Shown: positions 9,972 to 19,021 of the stretch, piece after piece
How the letters are laid out: the number at the start of each line of letters is the position of its first letter
Position numbering within the stretch: position 1 is the stretch's first letter
Source of the DNA: Dehalococcoidia bacterium UBA7891
Lineage (GTDB): Bacteria; Chloroflexota; Dehalococcoidia; Lucifugimonadales; UBA826
Assembly: GCA_002500485.1 (NCBI GenBank)
Contig: DLRJ01000113.1
Coordinates: 18,001-82,000 of the forward strand
Length of the DNA stretch: 64,000 nucleotides
Direction: 5' to 3'
Position numbers and translations under genes: made by a program
Notes under the pieces: generated by a model
The model's input: the letters and a program-made list of their open reading frames with translations, nothing else
Told to the model about the DNA's origin: nothing
Databases searched by the model: none

Positions 9972-11129
9972 TTATGCTAGCTTTTTAATTTCAGCTGCGG
10001 CCTGCCCTAGGGTATCCACTAGGATTACATTTAGGCTGGATTGTGAAAGGATTTCCCTTCCTTCATCTGAATTTGTTCCAAGCATTCTCACTACCATAGG
10101 TCTCACTCTATTGGGTTGTTGTTCAGCGGCTAATAAGAATCCTCTCGCAGCAATGTCACAGCGTAGGATTCCCCCAAAGAGATTAACAAGAACCGCCTTA
10201 ACGCTGTCATCCGATAATACTAGGCCTAGGGCTTTGGCTACTTTTTCCTCGTCTGCCCCTCCGCCTATATCCAAAAAATTTGAGGGAGATGCACCAGCTG
10301 AACTGGTCACATCCATCGTGGCCATTGCAAGGCCGGCCCCATTGACAATGCAGCCGACGGTCCCTTCCAATTTAACATAATTTATATCTGAAGAACGTGC
10401 TTCTACTTCTAGGGGGTCTTCTTGAGAAACATCTCTCATTTCCTGCATGTCTTTGTGCCTAAAGATAGCATCATCATCAATGTCCAATTTTGCATCTGCT
10501 GCCAACACCTCCCCGTCTTTCGTAATGACTAGAGGGTTTATTTCTAGCAAGGAGGCGTCTGTTTCTATAAAGGCTTGGTATAGGTTTTGTACTAAGCTGG
10601 CGACGGGACGAACATGCTCTTGTTCTAGGTTAAGCCCATAAGCTATTTTTCGACCTTGAAATGGCTGAAGACCCAATACCGGATCAATGGGAATTTGCAG
10701 TATTTTTTCCGGGGAAGTTTCTGCTACCTCTTCTATGTTCATGCCTCCAGCTTCGCTGGCAATTACGACTACCCCTTTTGAAGCACCATCTATAACCATT
10801 CCTAAGTAGAGTTCGTTTTCTATTTCAATACCCTCTTCTATAAGAACACTGTTGACAGGCACACCTTCAGGACCAGTCTGAAAAGTGACCAGATTTGTTC
10901 CTATCATTTTTTCCGCTGCCTGTTCCGCGGCACCAGGGGACTCCACAATTTTAACGCCACCACCCTTTCCTCTTCCTCCCGCGTGCACCTGAGCCTTAAC
11001 TACCACGGTACCGCCCATCTCAAATGCTGCTGTTGCGGCTTGGCTTCCGGTTCTGGCAAGCCGACTTTTTGGAATGGGTACCCCGTATTTTGCAAGGATC
11101 TCTTTTGCCTGATATTCATGGAGTTTCAT
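9972..11129 (-). CDS. sucC: succinate--CoA ligase subunit beta (ADP-forming)
   Basis: 385 aa. Reads MKLHEYQAKEILAKYGVP.. with an ATP-grasp N-terminal domain and a ligase-CoA domain. Confidence 0.95.
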   Translation of the reverse strand: MKLHEYQAKEILAKYGVPIPKSRLARTGSQAATAAFEMGGTVVVKAQVHAGGRGKGGGVKIVESPGAAEQAAEKMIGTNLVTFQTGPEGVPVNSVLIEEGIEIENELYLGMVIDGASKGVVVIASEAGGMNIEEVAETSPEKILQIPIDPVLGLQPFQGRKIAYGLNLEQEHVRPVASLVQNLYQAFIETDASLLEINPLVITKDGEVLAADAKLDIDDDAIFRHKDMQEMRDVSQEDPLEVEARSSDINYVKLEGTVGCIVNGAGLAMATMDVTSSAGASPSNFLDIGGGADEEKVAKALGLVLSDDSVKAVLVNLFGGILRCDIAARGFLLAAEQQPNRVRPMVVRMLGTNSDEGREILSQSSLNVILVDTLGQAAAEIKKLA

Positions 11130-11190
11130 TTTTGTTTTTCCTAATAAGACACGCTATATAAAAGTAACTAAATAAAAGTAACTAAAACGG

Positions 11191-11277
11191 CGGAGGGTGT
11201 GGGATTCGAACCCACGATACCCGTTAGGATATGCCAGTTTTCAAGACTGGTGCATTCGTCCACTCTGCCAACCCTCC
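11191..11277 (-). tRNA. tRNA-Ser (anticodon UGA), long variable arm, CCA not encoded
   Basis: I folded the minus-strand sequence GGAGGGTTGGCAGAGTGGACGAATGCACCAGTCTTGAAAACTGGCATATCCTAACGGGTATCGTGGGTTCGAATCCCACACCCTCCG by hand. It gives a 7-bp acceptor stem, a 3-bp D stem, an anticodon stem CCAGT/ACTGG with loop CUUGAAA, a 5-bp variable arm, and a T arm GTGGG-TTCGAAT-CCCAC. Confidence 0.9.
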
Positions 11278-11377
11278 ATTTATAAAAATGACTTAGGTAT
11301 TTTAGTGCCTAGTGGAAAGTATCAGCAACTTGTCTGTGAGATTCAGCCTAGGCTATTTTTAAATAAATGTTTTCTTG

Positions 11378-12151
11378 TCACACCAATGGCCACGGTATGC
11401 TTACATTAGGGTCCAAAATTGGCATGATGGGATTTTCAATAATTTGATCCAATCTTGTGATCAATGCTGTTATTTCTTCAGTGCTTATTAGCAATCCTAA
11501 CGATTTATCGTCTTTATTCAAATAGGTTCTTAACTTTTTCATATCGGCTATGAGGGTTGGAGGTATTTGCTGACCGCAATATTCCATCATCACGGTCCGC
11601 ATTTTGAATGCGCTGTGGAAGGTTAAACCATGATCGATGGACCATATATTCTTAAACCCGTCAAGTAAACAATGCCCAGCCTTTCTGTCTGCATTATTAA
11701 CCAGTAGGTCAAATACTGCTAAAGGGAATAAGGTGTCAGGAGAGTCATCTCTCATATCGAAATATGTGATACGCGGGTCACAATCCAGATAGAGTTGCAT
11801 GGACCCAACACCATACGGGCCATCTCTTATTATGGTTAGTGGTATATTAGGCCAACCCAATAATTTACTAACTTCATATGCTGCTTGCTCTCTTTTATAC
11901 AGGGTGCCGGCGGAAAAATCCCGAAGTGGTTTTTCTCCCTCCTTCGGTTTATAAATAGCCCTCACACATTGATTTTCCCCAGCAGTGACCCAAAGCAGAA
12001 AAGTGTAATTCGAGCCCCATGGCATAGTATGGCCGCCGATAACTTCCCCGTCTGTCAAAGGTGCTAAAGCTTCGGTAGGTCCCAGATTCAATATTTCCGC
12101 TTCAGGCAACGGAAAGTTTTTTCTTGGATCAATTGGATACTGAGCTTGCAT
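11378..12151 (-). CDS. SCO1664-family protein with a PI3/PI4-kinase-like catalytic core; function unknown
   Basis: 257 aa. A catalytic-loop-like NNADRKAGHCLL and an activation-segment-like SIDHGLTF resemble DRHxxN / DFG of lipid-kinase-like folds. Lies 24 nt downstream of the DUF3090 gene. Confidence 0.7.
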   Translation of the reverse strand: MQAQYPIDPRKNFPLPEAEILNLGPTEALAPLTDGEVIGGHTMPWGSNYTFLLWVTAGENQCVRAIYKPKEGEKPLRDFSAGTLYKREQAAYEVSKLLGWPNIPLTIIRDGPYGVGSMQLYLDCDPRITYFDMRDDSPDTLFPLAVFDLLVNNADRKAGHCLLDGFKNIWSIDHGLTFHSAFKMRTVMMEYCGQQIPPTLIADMKKLRTYLNKDDKSLGLLISTEEITALITRLDQIIENPIMPILDPNVSIPWPLV

Positions 12152-12175
12152 AATTTCTAAACTCTAGGGACTGGA

Positions 12176-12694
12176 TTAGAGTTCCCCTGGATAAACTTTT
12201 GCATGGCCATTTCTTCTGACACAGTAGTGACCATCGGGATTGATAGGTTTTTCACATAAAGGACATATTGGTCTTCCAGAGGCAACTATTTCTAGCCCGT
12301 TTTTGGCGAAATGATTAAGTCTTTTTCTAGTTAGCCATATTCTAACTGTCGGTTCTTCGGAATCATCTTCCGGATCGTGAGCATCGACTATGAACATATT
12401 TGTCTCAGGATTATGACCAAAGGCCAATCGACCTGCTTTGAAATCCAAATTTGTTAAACTTGCCGCTTCCAATTCCGTCGGGGGGCCTACGGTATCTTCT
12501 TTAGCTTCCGGGGTTTCCTTCGCCAATTGGAGCATCGCCATCGATAGTTCCGCCAGTTGTTCTTTTTCCAACCATATATTTGCTGTGCTACTTTCACTGT
12601 CCACATTTATCCTGAAAGTTCTCATGCCTGGCTCACCAAATGTCTCAGGTATAAATTTTGTTACTTGTGTGAACTCATTAATAGGTCCAGCCAT
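12176..12694 (-). CDS. DUF3090-family protein (C-terminal Cys/His zinc-knuckle-like motif); function unknown
   Basis: 172 aa. The C-terminal CPLCEKPINPDGHYCVRRNGH matches my recollection of the DUF3090 signature. Acidic central region. Confidence 0.75.
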   Translation of the reverse strand: MAGPINEFTQVTKFIPETFGEPGMRTFRINVDSESSTANIWLEKEQLAELSMAMLQLAKETPEAKEDTVGPPTELEAASLTNLDFKAGRLAFGHNPETNMFIVDAHDPEDDSEEPTVRIWLTRKRLNHFAKNGLEIVASGRPICPLCEKPINPDGHYCVRRNGHAKVYPGEL

Positions 12695-12837
12695 CGATAC
12701 TCCAAAAATGTGGTTTGGCGCATTGGAAAATTAGGTATAGATTAAAGTCTAACTGGAATAGTAGGTCTTTTGAGGGCTTTGTAGCAACATCGATTGGTTG
12801 CCCATTAGGCTTCTGTGCCAAACGGGAATGTCCTGTG

Positions 12838-12846
12838 TGTTACAAT
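12838..12846 (+). promoter_or_regulatory. candidate extended -10 promoter element (TGTTACAAT) for rpsU
   Basis: TGn plus TACAAT lies about 70 nt upstream of the rpsU start. There is no good -35, which is tolerated with an extended -10. Confidence 0.3.
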
Positions 12847-12853
12847 TTGCCCC

Positions 12854-12883
12854 TGCGTTGCCGGATGGCACGCATTTTTATTT
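12854..12883 (+). terminator. intrinsic-terminator-like hairpin plus T-tract inside the rpsU leader
   Basis: TGCGT(T)GCC-GGAT-GGCACGCA forms an 8-bp stem with one bulge, followed by TTTTTATTT. It sits between the putative -10 and the AGGAG/TTG start of rpsU. There is no plus-strand gene upstream for it to terminate. Confidence 0.35.
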
Positions 12884-12913
12884 GGCTGAAAATTAGAGAC
12901 TAGGAGAAAAAGC

Positions 12914-13105
12914 TTGGCATACGTTACCCTTCGCGAAGGCGAGGAGGCTGAAGTACTTCTTAAGAGGTTCCAGACCCAGATGCAAAGATCTGGTATTTTA
13001 AGAGAGTTGAGGAACAGAAGATTCTTCCGTTCTAAAGGCGAGCAAGCTCGGCTTGACCAGCAGCGAAGCATCCGTAGGCTTAGAAGGCGTCGAACTAGAC
13101 GATAA
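12914..13105 (+). CDS. rpsU: 30S ribosomal protein S21
   Basis: 63 aa with a TTG start and AGGAG 7 nt upstream. Reads ..LKRFQTQMQRSGILRELRNRRFF.. with a basic C-terminal tail, typical of S21. Confidence 0.92.
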   Translation: MAYVTLREGEEAEVLLKRFQTQMQRSGILRELRNRRFFRSKGEQARLDQQRSIRRLRRRRTRR

Positions 13106-13175
13106 TAATTTCTAGCTACGCATTCAACAATTGCTAAACAGGTTAATCAATTTCAACCTATGGTAGGTGCGTCAA

Positions 13176-14135
13176 ATGGGCATCCTTTACGTCGTTTCAG
13201 ATACCGGTAGAGCAGGCAAAACTTCTTTCTGTGCCTCATTAGCCAGCGTCCTAATGGATATGGGCCGTAAGGTCACTGTTTCCAAAGCCATTTTCTCAGA
13301 ACAGGACGAAGAAGACGTAGATAATTACTCTTCCGTGTTGGGCTCAAATTTCAGTAAATTGTCTGTGCGATCTTTTAATGTACCCGATGTTGGTGAAGAG
13401 ATTAAGTCTGTAGCTGAGGATGTTGATACTCTTTTAGTGGAAGCATCAAACACTTTGTCGAGAGATGAGCATATTGATCTTGTTAAAAACATTGGAGCAA
13501 AAGTCATACATGTTACGAAATATGACGAGGCGATTGGATCCATTCCATTCAGCACCGCTTTTGGTCAGGATTTAATTGGCACAGTGATAAATTTTCTGAC
13601 TAGATACAGGGGAACTAAGGCCCACGAGGTGGTAATTCCTAGTTTAAGAAAATCTGGAATAAATGTTTTGGGGTTGATACCTGAGAATAGAACCTTGCTA
13701 AGTCTAACTGTCAGACAAATATGTGAAAATTTGGAGGGCAAATTTTTTGGTGGTGAGGAATACGGAGAAGATTTGGTAGAAAGCTTTATGGTCGGTGGTT
13801 TTGGAATGGATCCAGGACAATACATATTTAGCCGGCAAGATAAGAAGGCCGTGGTGGTTCGGGGAGATAGACCCGATGTCCAAATGTCTGCTTTAGACAC
13901 CGATATGGAATGTTTTATCATGACCGGTGGTTTTGAACCGATCGAGTACGTTAAATATGAAGCTAATGAAGAAGAGGTTTCTATTATCATTGTTAACTCG
14001 GATACCCTTGAAACAATGGATAAGATAGGAACACTGCAGGAACATTCAGAATTTGATCACAAAGAAAAACTAGCCAGATTTAAGAATCTTATAGATAGTA
14101 ATATCGATGTTGAAGCATTGAAGTCAGTCCTTTAA
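13176..14135 (+). CDS. stand-alone Pta-N-terminal-like protein (BioD/CobQ-like P-loop domain plus DRTGG domain), no phosphotransacetylase catalytic domain
   Basis: About 319 aa from the ATG at 13176; the ORF track starts at a GTG at 13167. Degenerate P-loop SDTGRAGKTS and a DRTGG-like motif (FIMTGGFEP). Confidence 0.65.
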   Translation: MGILYVVSDTGRAGKTSFCASLASVLMDMGRKVTVSKAIFSEQDEEDVDNYSSVLGSNFSKLSVRSFNVPDVGEEIKSVAEDVDTLLVEASNTLSRDEHIDLVKNIGAKVIHVTKYDEAIGSIPFSTAFGQDLIGTVINFLTRYRGTKAHEVVIPSLRKSGINVLGLIPENRTLLSLTVRQICENLEGKFFGGEEYGEDLVESFMVGGFGMDPGQYIFSRQDKKAVVVRGDRPDVQMSALDTDMECFIMTGGFEPIEYVKYEANEEEVSIIIVNSDTLETMDKIGTLQEHSEFDHKEKLARFKNLIDSNIDVEALKSVL

Positions 14136-14282
14136 TTAGCGTTAGTTATTGTTTTTCCAATTGAGATCAAGGCCATGTTTCTCACTTCCGATTAATATGG
14201 CATGAGGAACATTAGTCTAACCCTTTCCCAAAATAGCCTGGATTCCTCTTATAAATAAAATTGTTTTAGTGGAGAATTCGAT

Positions 14283-15995
14283 TTATAGGCCCTCAGCGTG
14301 GGCTGCGTGGAATGTATCGACCCCTCCTCTAAATTCATCTCCCTTCTTGGTAATAGCTACCGGGCTTGCGAATTTTGCAAACCCCGTTTGAGTAAATCCA
14401 TCACCGAGAACCCTAATGCTGTGACCTTTAGCCTCTAAGCCGGCAACAATACTGGGGTCGAGTTCTGGGCCGACATCAGTTGTTGGGGAGCTGCAATCCA
14501 CTCTGGGGGCATCAATTGCAGTTTGGGGATTCATGTCAAAATCGACCATTTTCACTATTAGTGATGTGACACAATTTGTTATTCTTCTCCCACCGGAAGC
14601 TCCAACAGCAACTTCCACGCCATTTTTTCCTAACACTAAAGCCGGAGTCATATTGTTTAAGGGGTATTTTCCAGGGGAGATAGAGTTAACCCGGTTTGGT
14701 GTAGGGTCATACCACATCATTCCGTTATTCATAACAATTCCAGTTCCTTTGGGAATTATTCCGGATCCAAACCCTGACATTATTGTGTTAGTAATAGAAA
14801 CGGCATTGCCTTCACCGTCAATTACTGCCAGGTGAGTTGTCCCGTTATCGGGGCGTGGCTTGCTACTCTCTAAGACGAATTTTGGTTCTCTACCTTCTTC
14901 AATCCATGGATTTCCCGGAAGGAAGGATTCAGGAGCACGGTCTCCTATTGCCTTCTGTCTTTTCCGGGTGTATTTATCGGAAACTAAACCGTTCCATGGG
15001 ACATCGGCGAATTCAGGGTCTGCCACATATTCAAACCTGTCAGCGTATGCCATTCTGGCGGCACTGATGTACAGATGCAACATGTCGACTGAGTTATGGC
15101 CTAAACTAGGAATATCAAACCCGTCTAGGATCTTTAAGGTCATAGCGCTGGTTATACCGGCGGAAGCATATCTTGGGACTCTCACGGTTTTGCCGTGATA
15201 ATTAAGTTCTAGGCCTTTGTCCCAATAGAATGGCTTGTACTGATCAAAGTCTTCCATTGTCAGAAAGCCACCATTCTTTTGTATATCCTCAACCAAAACT
15301 TCCGTCAGTTCCCCCCGATAAAAGGCATCAACGCCTCCTTTACCGATTGCTTCGAGGGCATTTGCTAAATTTGGTTGTTTTAATACATAGGGACCGTTGA
15401 TTCCACCATAGGGAAGCGATCCAGATGGCATAAACGTGTTACCTAATTCTGGATATCGCAAAAGCATGCTTGAAAGACTTCCAAATTTATATAAGGTGAA
15501 CCATTCGGGATGAAATCCATCACGAGCTATTTTAGTGGCTGGGGCTACAACTTCGGATAAAGGCAATTTTCCGAATCGAGAATGAGCTTCGAGTAACCCA
15601 GCAACACATCCCGGTACGGCAATCGATTTGTATCCGTGAATGTTTTCGTCATTTTTGACGCCTGCCCAACCGAAACTTCCCACGGATGCTTCACCCGTTA
15701 GCTCATATAAATCAGGCTTACCAGATAAAGGTCCTTTCATAGGAAACCCGATGACACCACCTTCGTCACCAACTTGAAATGTCATATAACCACCACCACC
15801 GATACCACTTGATTCCGGTTCTACTACACCTACAGCTAAACAAGCGGCTACACCTGCATCGATAGCGTTGCCGCCCATCTTAAGCATATCCAACCCCGCT
15901 TGGGTGGATAATTGGTCTTTAGTTGCTACCATACCGTTAGTGGACACTGCTTCACTTTTGGTAAAGGTGGCATTAGAGGCTAAGTTAGTAACCAT
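14283..15995 (-). CDS. ggt: gamma-glutamyltransferase
   Basis: 570 aa. The autoprocessing/nucleophile region NGTTHLAVIDGEGNAVSITNTI and GSGIIPKGTGIVMNN are typical of GGT. No obvious signal peptide. Confidence 0.9.
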   Translation of the reverse strand: MVTNLASNATFTKSEAVSTNGMVATKDQLSTQAGLDMLKMGGNAIDAGVAACLAVGVVEPESSGIGGGGYMTFQVGDEGGVIGFPMKGPLSGKPDLYELTGEASVGSFGWAGVKNDENIHGYKSIAVPGCVAGLLEAHSRFGKLPLSEVVAPATKIARDGFHPEWFTLYKFGSLSSMLLRYPELGNTFMPSGSLPYGGINGPYVLKQPNLANALEAIGKGGVDAFYRGELTEVLVEDIQKNGGFLTMEDFDQYKPFYWDKGLELNYHGKTVRVPRYASAGITSAMTLKILDGFDIPSLGHNSVDMLHLYISAARMAYADRFEYVADPEFADVPWNGLVSDKYTRKRQKAIGDRAPESFLPGNPWIEEGREPKFVLESSKPRPDNGTTHLAVIDGEGNAVSITNTIMSGFGSGIIPKGTGIVMNNGMMWYDPTPNRVNSISPGKYPLNNMTPALVLGKNGVEVAVGASGGRRITNCVTSLIVKMVDFDMNPQTAIDAPRVDCSSPTTDVGPELDPSIVAGLEAKGHSIRVLGDGFTQTGFAKFASPVAITKKGDEFRGGVDTFHAAHAEGL

Positions 15996-16088
15996 CTATT
16001 CTCTCCTGCCATAAATTTATAGTTATCTCTTCCGTAGCAGGCGTCATGATACATTAGAATTTGGCTTAGAGTGCCCGATTGGAAGTAC

Positions 16089-17510
16089 TTATCCTGACAA
16101 GTCTTCTTCCAAACGGTATTTCCAAACACCTTTGAAACAATACGTGGCTGCAATCAAACTAACAAAAATCAGGCTTGACCCAATAAGGGTTGATAATTGG
16201 GGTCCCACTACATTTGCTATTGAACCGGCCAATAGACTTCCAACCGGCATGAGGCCCCAAGCCATCATATATATTCCGGTCACTCGACCTCTATATTGAT
16301 CCGGAAGAATGCCTTGAACTGTGGCTCCCGAAATAGAAAAATAGGACATCATAGAGCCAGATAAAAGCATGATGACTATCATAGCCACTGAATAAATATT
16401 AGTTATCGCTAGCGTTGCCATTAAAATACCTAGAAATCCAAGTAATACGAAAAGAATTTTTCCGGGTCGAGTAATTTGGGTACATGAGGCGAGAATTACA
16501 GTTCCTATAAGTGACCCAAGCCCAGCCGCAGACAAGAGTAATCCCAACCCTTGCGGCCCAACTTCAAAGACTTCAGCAGCATAGACCGGCATTAAACCAT
16601 GGATAAACGGCATCACTAGAATGACCATATTTACCGTCATGAAAGTTAGGCCGATTATCGTTTTCTGGTTAACCACGTAAGTTACTCCAGACTTCAAATC
16701 TGCGAGTAATTGTTTTGCAGATCTATCGGAATTATCAAAGGAAGAGTCTTTATCGAGTTGTATCATCATAATGGCGGCGGCCGCTGAAAACATGAGGATG
16801 GCTTCAACAATAAATAATGGTGCCGGGCCGAATATTGCAAGAGAGAATCCGCCGGCCGCAGGAATAAGTAATCTCATCACACTGAAAGCCATAGAATTTA
16901 ATGCAAAAGCGTTTATGAGGCTTTTTTTGGGGATAATCACAGCAAGCAGTGACATCCTAGCTGGATCATTTATTACCCATGAAATTCCCACAAGAAATAT
17001 AAAAATGAATAAGTTCCAGATGTTGGCATTTCCCATGGCAATAACGACCGAATAGCCGACCATTAACACTGCTTGATATGAATAAATAATAGAAAGAAGT
17101 ATCTTTTTATTAAACTTATCGCTTATTAACCCCCCAAACGGAGCTCCCACTAAAATTGGTAGAGCATCAAGCCCAAGGGCCATACTTGTCAGTAATGGGG
17201 ATTCGGTTATCTCATATGCCAGCCAACCAACCACCACTTGTTGGAGCCAAAACCCACTGCTGAAGATAGCCGTAGCCAGCCATAAAAACCTGTAATTACG
17301 TGAATGAAATGCATCAAACGTGTGTAATTTTCTTGGAATACCCTTAGGCTTCCGTATTTTTTTTAAAAGTTTATCCGAAGGAGAATCGGAATCAAGGTTG
17401 AGATTATTTGGTGAAATCAGGTATTTAGGAGCGGCATGGTTTGATGAATTTTCTTCATCTTGTTCACCTATGACAGGCCCAGGTATTAGTCCAGACTCGG
17501 TCTTATTCAA
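16089..17510 (-). CDS. MFS transporter (MFS_3 / EntS-like family) with a roughly 70-aa hydrophilic N-terminal extension
   Basis: 473 aa with about 12 predicted TM segments. The motif FRFLWLATAIFSSGFW is shared with the partial MFS gene at the 3' end of the window. Confidence 0.8.
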   Translation of the reverse strand: MNKTESGLIPGPVIGEQDEENSSNHAAPKYLISPNNLNLDSDSPSDKLLKKIRKPKGIPRKLHTFDAFHSRNYRFLWLATAIFSSGFWLQQVVVGWLAYEITESPLLTSMALGLDALPILVGAPFGGLISDKFNKKILLSIIYSYQAVLMVGYSVVIAMGNANIWNLFIFIFLVGISWVINDPARMSLLAVIIPKKSLINAFALNSMAFSVMRLLIPAAGGFSLAIFGPAPLFIVEAILMFSAAAAIMMIQLDKDSSFDNSDRSAKQLLADLKSGVTYVVNQKTIIGLTFMTVNMVILVMPFIHGLMPVYAAEVFEVGPQGLGLLLSAAGLGSLIGTVILASCTQITRPGKILFVLLGFLGILMATLAITNIYSVAMIVIMLLSGSMMSYFSISGATVQGILPDQYRGRVTGIYMMAWGLMPVGSLLAGSIANVVGPQLSTLIGSSLIFVSLIAATYCFKGVWKYRLEEDLSG

Positions 17511-17800
17511 TTATATTGTCTTGCACCTCGCCGCTATAGGAGTTTGTATGAATCTGAAGATTAAAATCGACGCTATATAAGTCTATAGTTTTCATGAATT
17601 AAAAAACAAGTATTTTTGATCTATTTAATTAAATTGCTAAACGACCATTGGAATCTTGAATGTCCCATAATTCAGAGGGCCATCCTAAAGTTTGCGCCCT
17701 TATTTTTTTCAGTAGGGCGTGCTTTACCCATGGAAGTACATACTGAATATTGGAACAAAGGTTGTGCTTCTTTAAACTTGACGCGGCTAGATGATCCACG

Positions 17801-17826
17801 ATGGTTTGCTTAAATGGTTTGCTTAA
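17801..17826. repeat. perfect 13-bp tandem duplication (ATGGTTTGCTTAA x2) in a 495-bp non-coding gap
   Basis: Read directly: 17801-17813 is identical to 17814-17826. Confidence 0.9.
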
Positions 17827-18005
17827 ACGGAAAGGTCGCCTATGTATGGATCAAGGGGAGTTTGTATCCTTCACTTGCGAGTTGGATGCACTGACCTTTG
17901 CTGCCTTATAGAGTTAGGGTCGCTGAGTAGAAACAAAGGACTGATGGTTGGCTGACCGATGCGGGGGAATATTTCTTTTCAAGTTGTAGCTAATATGGCA
18001 TATCG

Positions 18006-18914
18006 TTATTTTAGAAGCTCTGTTCCATCTAGGTATTTTGGTTGGCGGAATAGGGTTCCGGGCCGCACAAGATTTATTCTATCAATCACAGGCTGGAGGG
18101 ATTTTGAGTTTGAATCATCCTTTGTTCTAGGTGGCATCCAGTCATCATGGTGCCCTAGGATGATTTCTTTGGGTTTTAACATGCTTGCCATTAGGCCAAT
18201 ATAGTCAGTAAGTGAACCTTGAATAGGCTCCCCATCAATGTTGGGCCGGCCGGCCATGGCTAGGATAGCAGCATCTGCCCTTAGGTCAGAGACAACTCCA
18301 GTCCAGCATCCAGAAGTATCTTGGAAGAAAATAGATCCCTGCGGTGTTTCAAATAAGAAACATAGTGCCCCACCTATGTCGCTAGAACCTAGAGTTTCTT
18401 TTCTATGGTCCTCTATCTCTCTAATTAGATTTGGATCCGTTCCACTAGGCAAGGGATCTGGCTTTCGAGGTCCCCAACGTTCGTCTTCAGTAAGATTCAG
18501 ATGTCCTGTTTGGCTTTCATCAGTGCTAGGTCGAAAAGTGTTTGGAATCCATATGCAGGAATGTAAGCTTGGAAAAACTCTGACAGTGACTGAATCGCTA
18601 AGGCGGTATCTTTCACCTCCCTGAGCTCTTCGAAGTTGTTCTTTAGGAACGCCTGCCTCGATCAGTATTCGTACACTTTCATTGGAACCAATGACTTCTG
18701 CCCCTGTATTTTTGGCAATAACATCTGCCCCGCCGATATGGTCGAAATGGCTGTGCCCTATGAAAATAAAGTCCGCATTCTTTATTTCTGCTGTTGATAT
18801 ACCTACATTTGGAGCCGCCGAAACTTTGTCAATGTAAGTATCGAGAAAAATTGTCAGATCATCTATAAGTAAACGAAAAGTAGCACATCCGAGCCAGTCT
18901 AATTTTATTGACAT
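18006..18914 (-). CDS. MBL-fold metallo-hydrolase
   Basis: 302 aa with the HxHxDH motif (IGHSHFDHIGG). Confidence 0.8.
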   Translation of the reverse strand: MSIKLDWLGCATFRLLIDDLTIFLDTYIDKVSAAPNVGISTAEIKNADFIFIGHSHFDHIGGADVIAKNTGAEVIGSNESVRILIEAGVPKEQLRRAQGGERYRLSDSVTVRVFPSLHSCIWIPNTFRPSTDESQTGHLNLTEDERWGPRKPDPLPSGTDPNLIREIEDHRKETLGSSDIGGALCFLFETPQGSIFFQDTSGCWTGVVSDLRADAAILAMAGRPNIDGEPIQGSLTDYIGLMASMLKPKEIILGHHDDWMPPRTKDDSNSKSLQPVIDRINLVRPGTLFRQPKYLDGTELLK

Positions 18915-18964
18915 ATTTTCTCACCTCTAACAAATAAAAATTACTAGGGACACATATATAAATA

Positions 18965-18973
18965 TGCTAAAAT
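18965..18973 (+). promoter_or_regulatory. candidate extended -10 element (TGCTAAAAT) upstream of nuoA
   Basis: TGn plus TAAAAT lies about 50 nt upstream of the nuoA GTG start, in the only sizeable gap before the nuo operon. Confidence 0.25.
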
Positions 18974-19021
18974 TGGTTTGTTTTATGCCCCCATTATTAC
19001 AGAATTTCTTCGGGTGGTCCT

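Noticed and set aside
11191-11277. tRNA-Ser as an integration hotspot flanked by a genomic island.
   Set aside because: Both flanks are core or conserved genes (sucC on one side, the SCO1664/DUF3090 pair on the other). I noticed no integrase and no direct repeat of the tRNA 3' end.
17616-17813. The 65-aa ORF in the long MFS/MBL gap. The small ORFs at 12715-12903 and 12805-13071 near rpsU, and 63273-63545, 63561-63746 and 63696-63959 at the window end, are similar cases.
   Set aside because: They have no RBS and no recognisable motifs. The last three overlap the open-ended MFS reading frame (63226-64000), which has a convincing transporter translation.
17801-17826. The tandem 13-bp repeat as a CRISPR or minisatellite array.
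   Set aside because: There are only two copies, with no spacers and no cas genes. It is a simple duplication.
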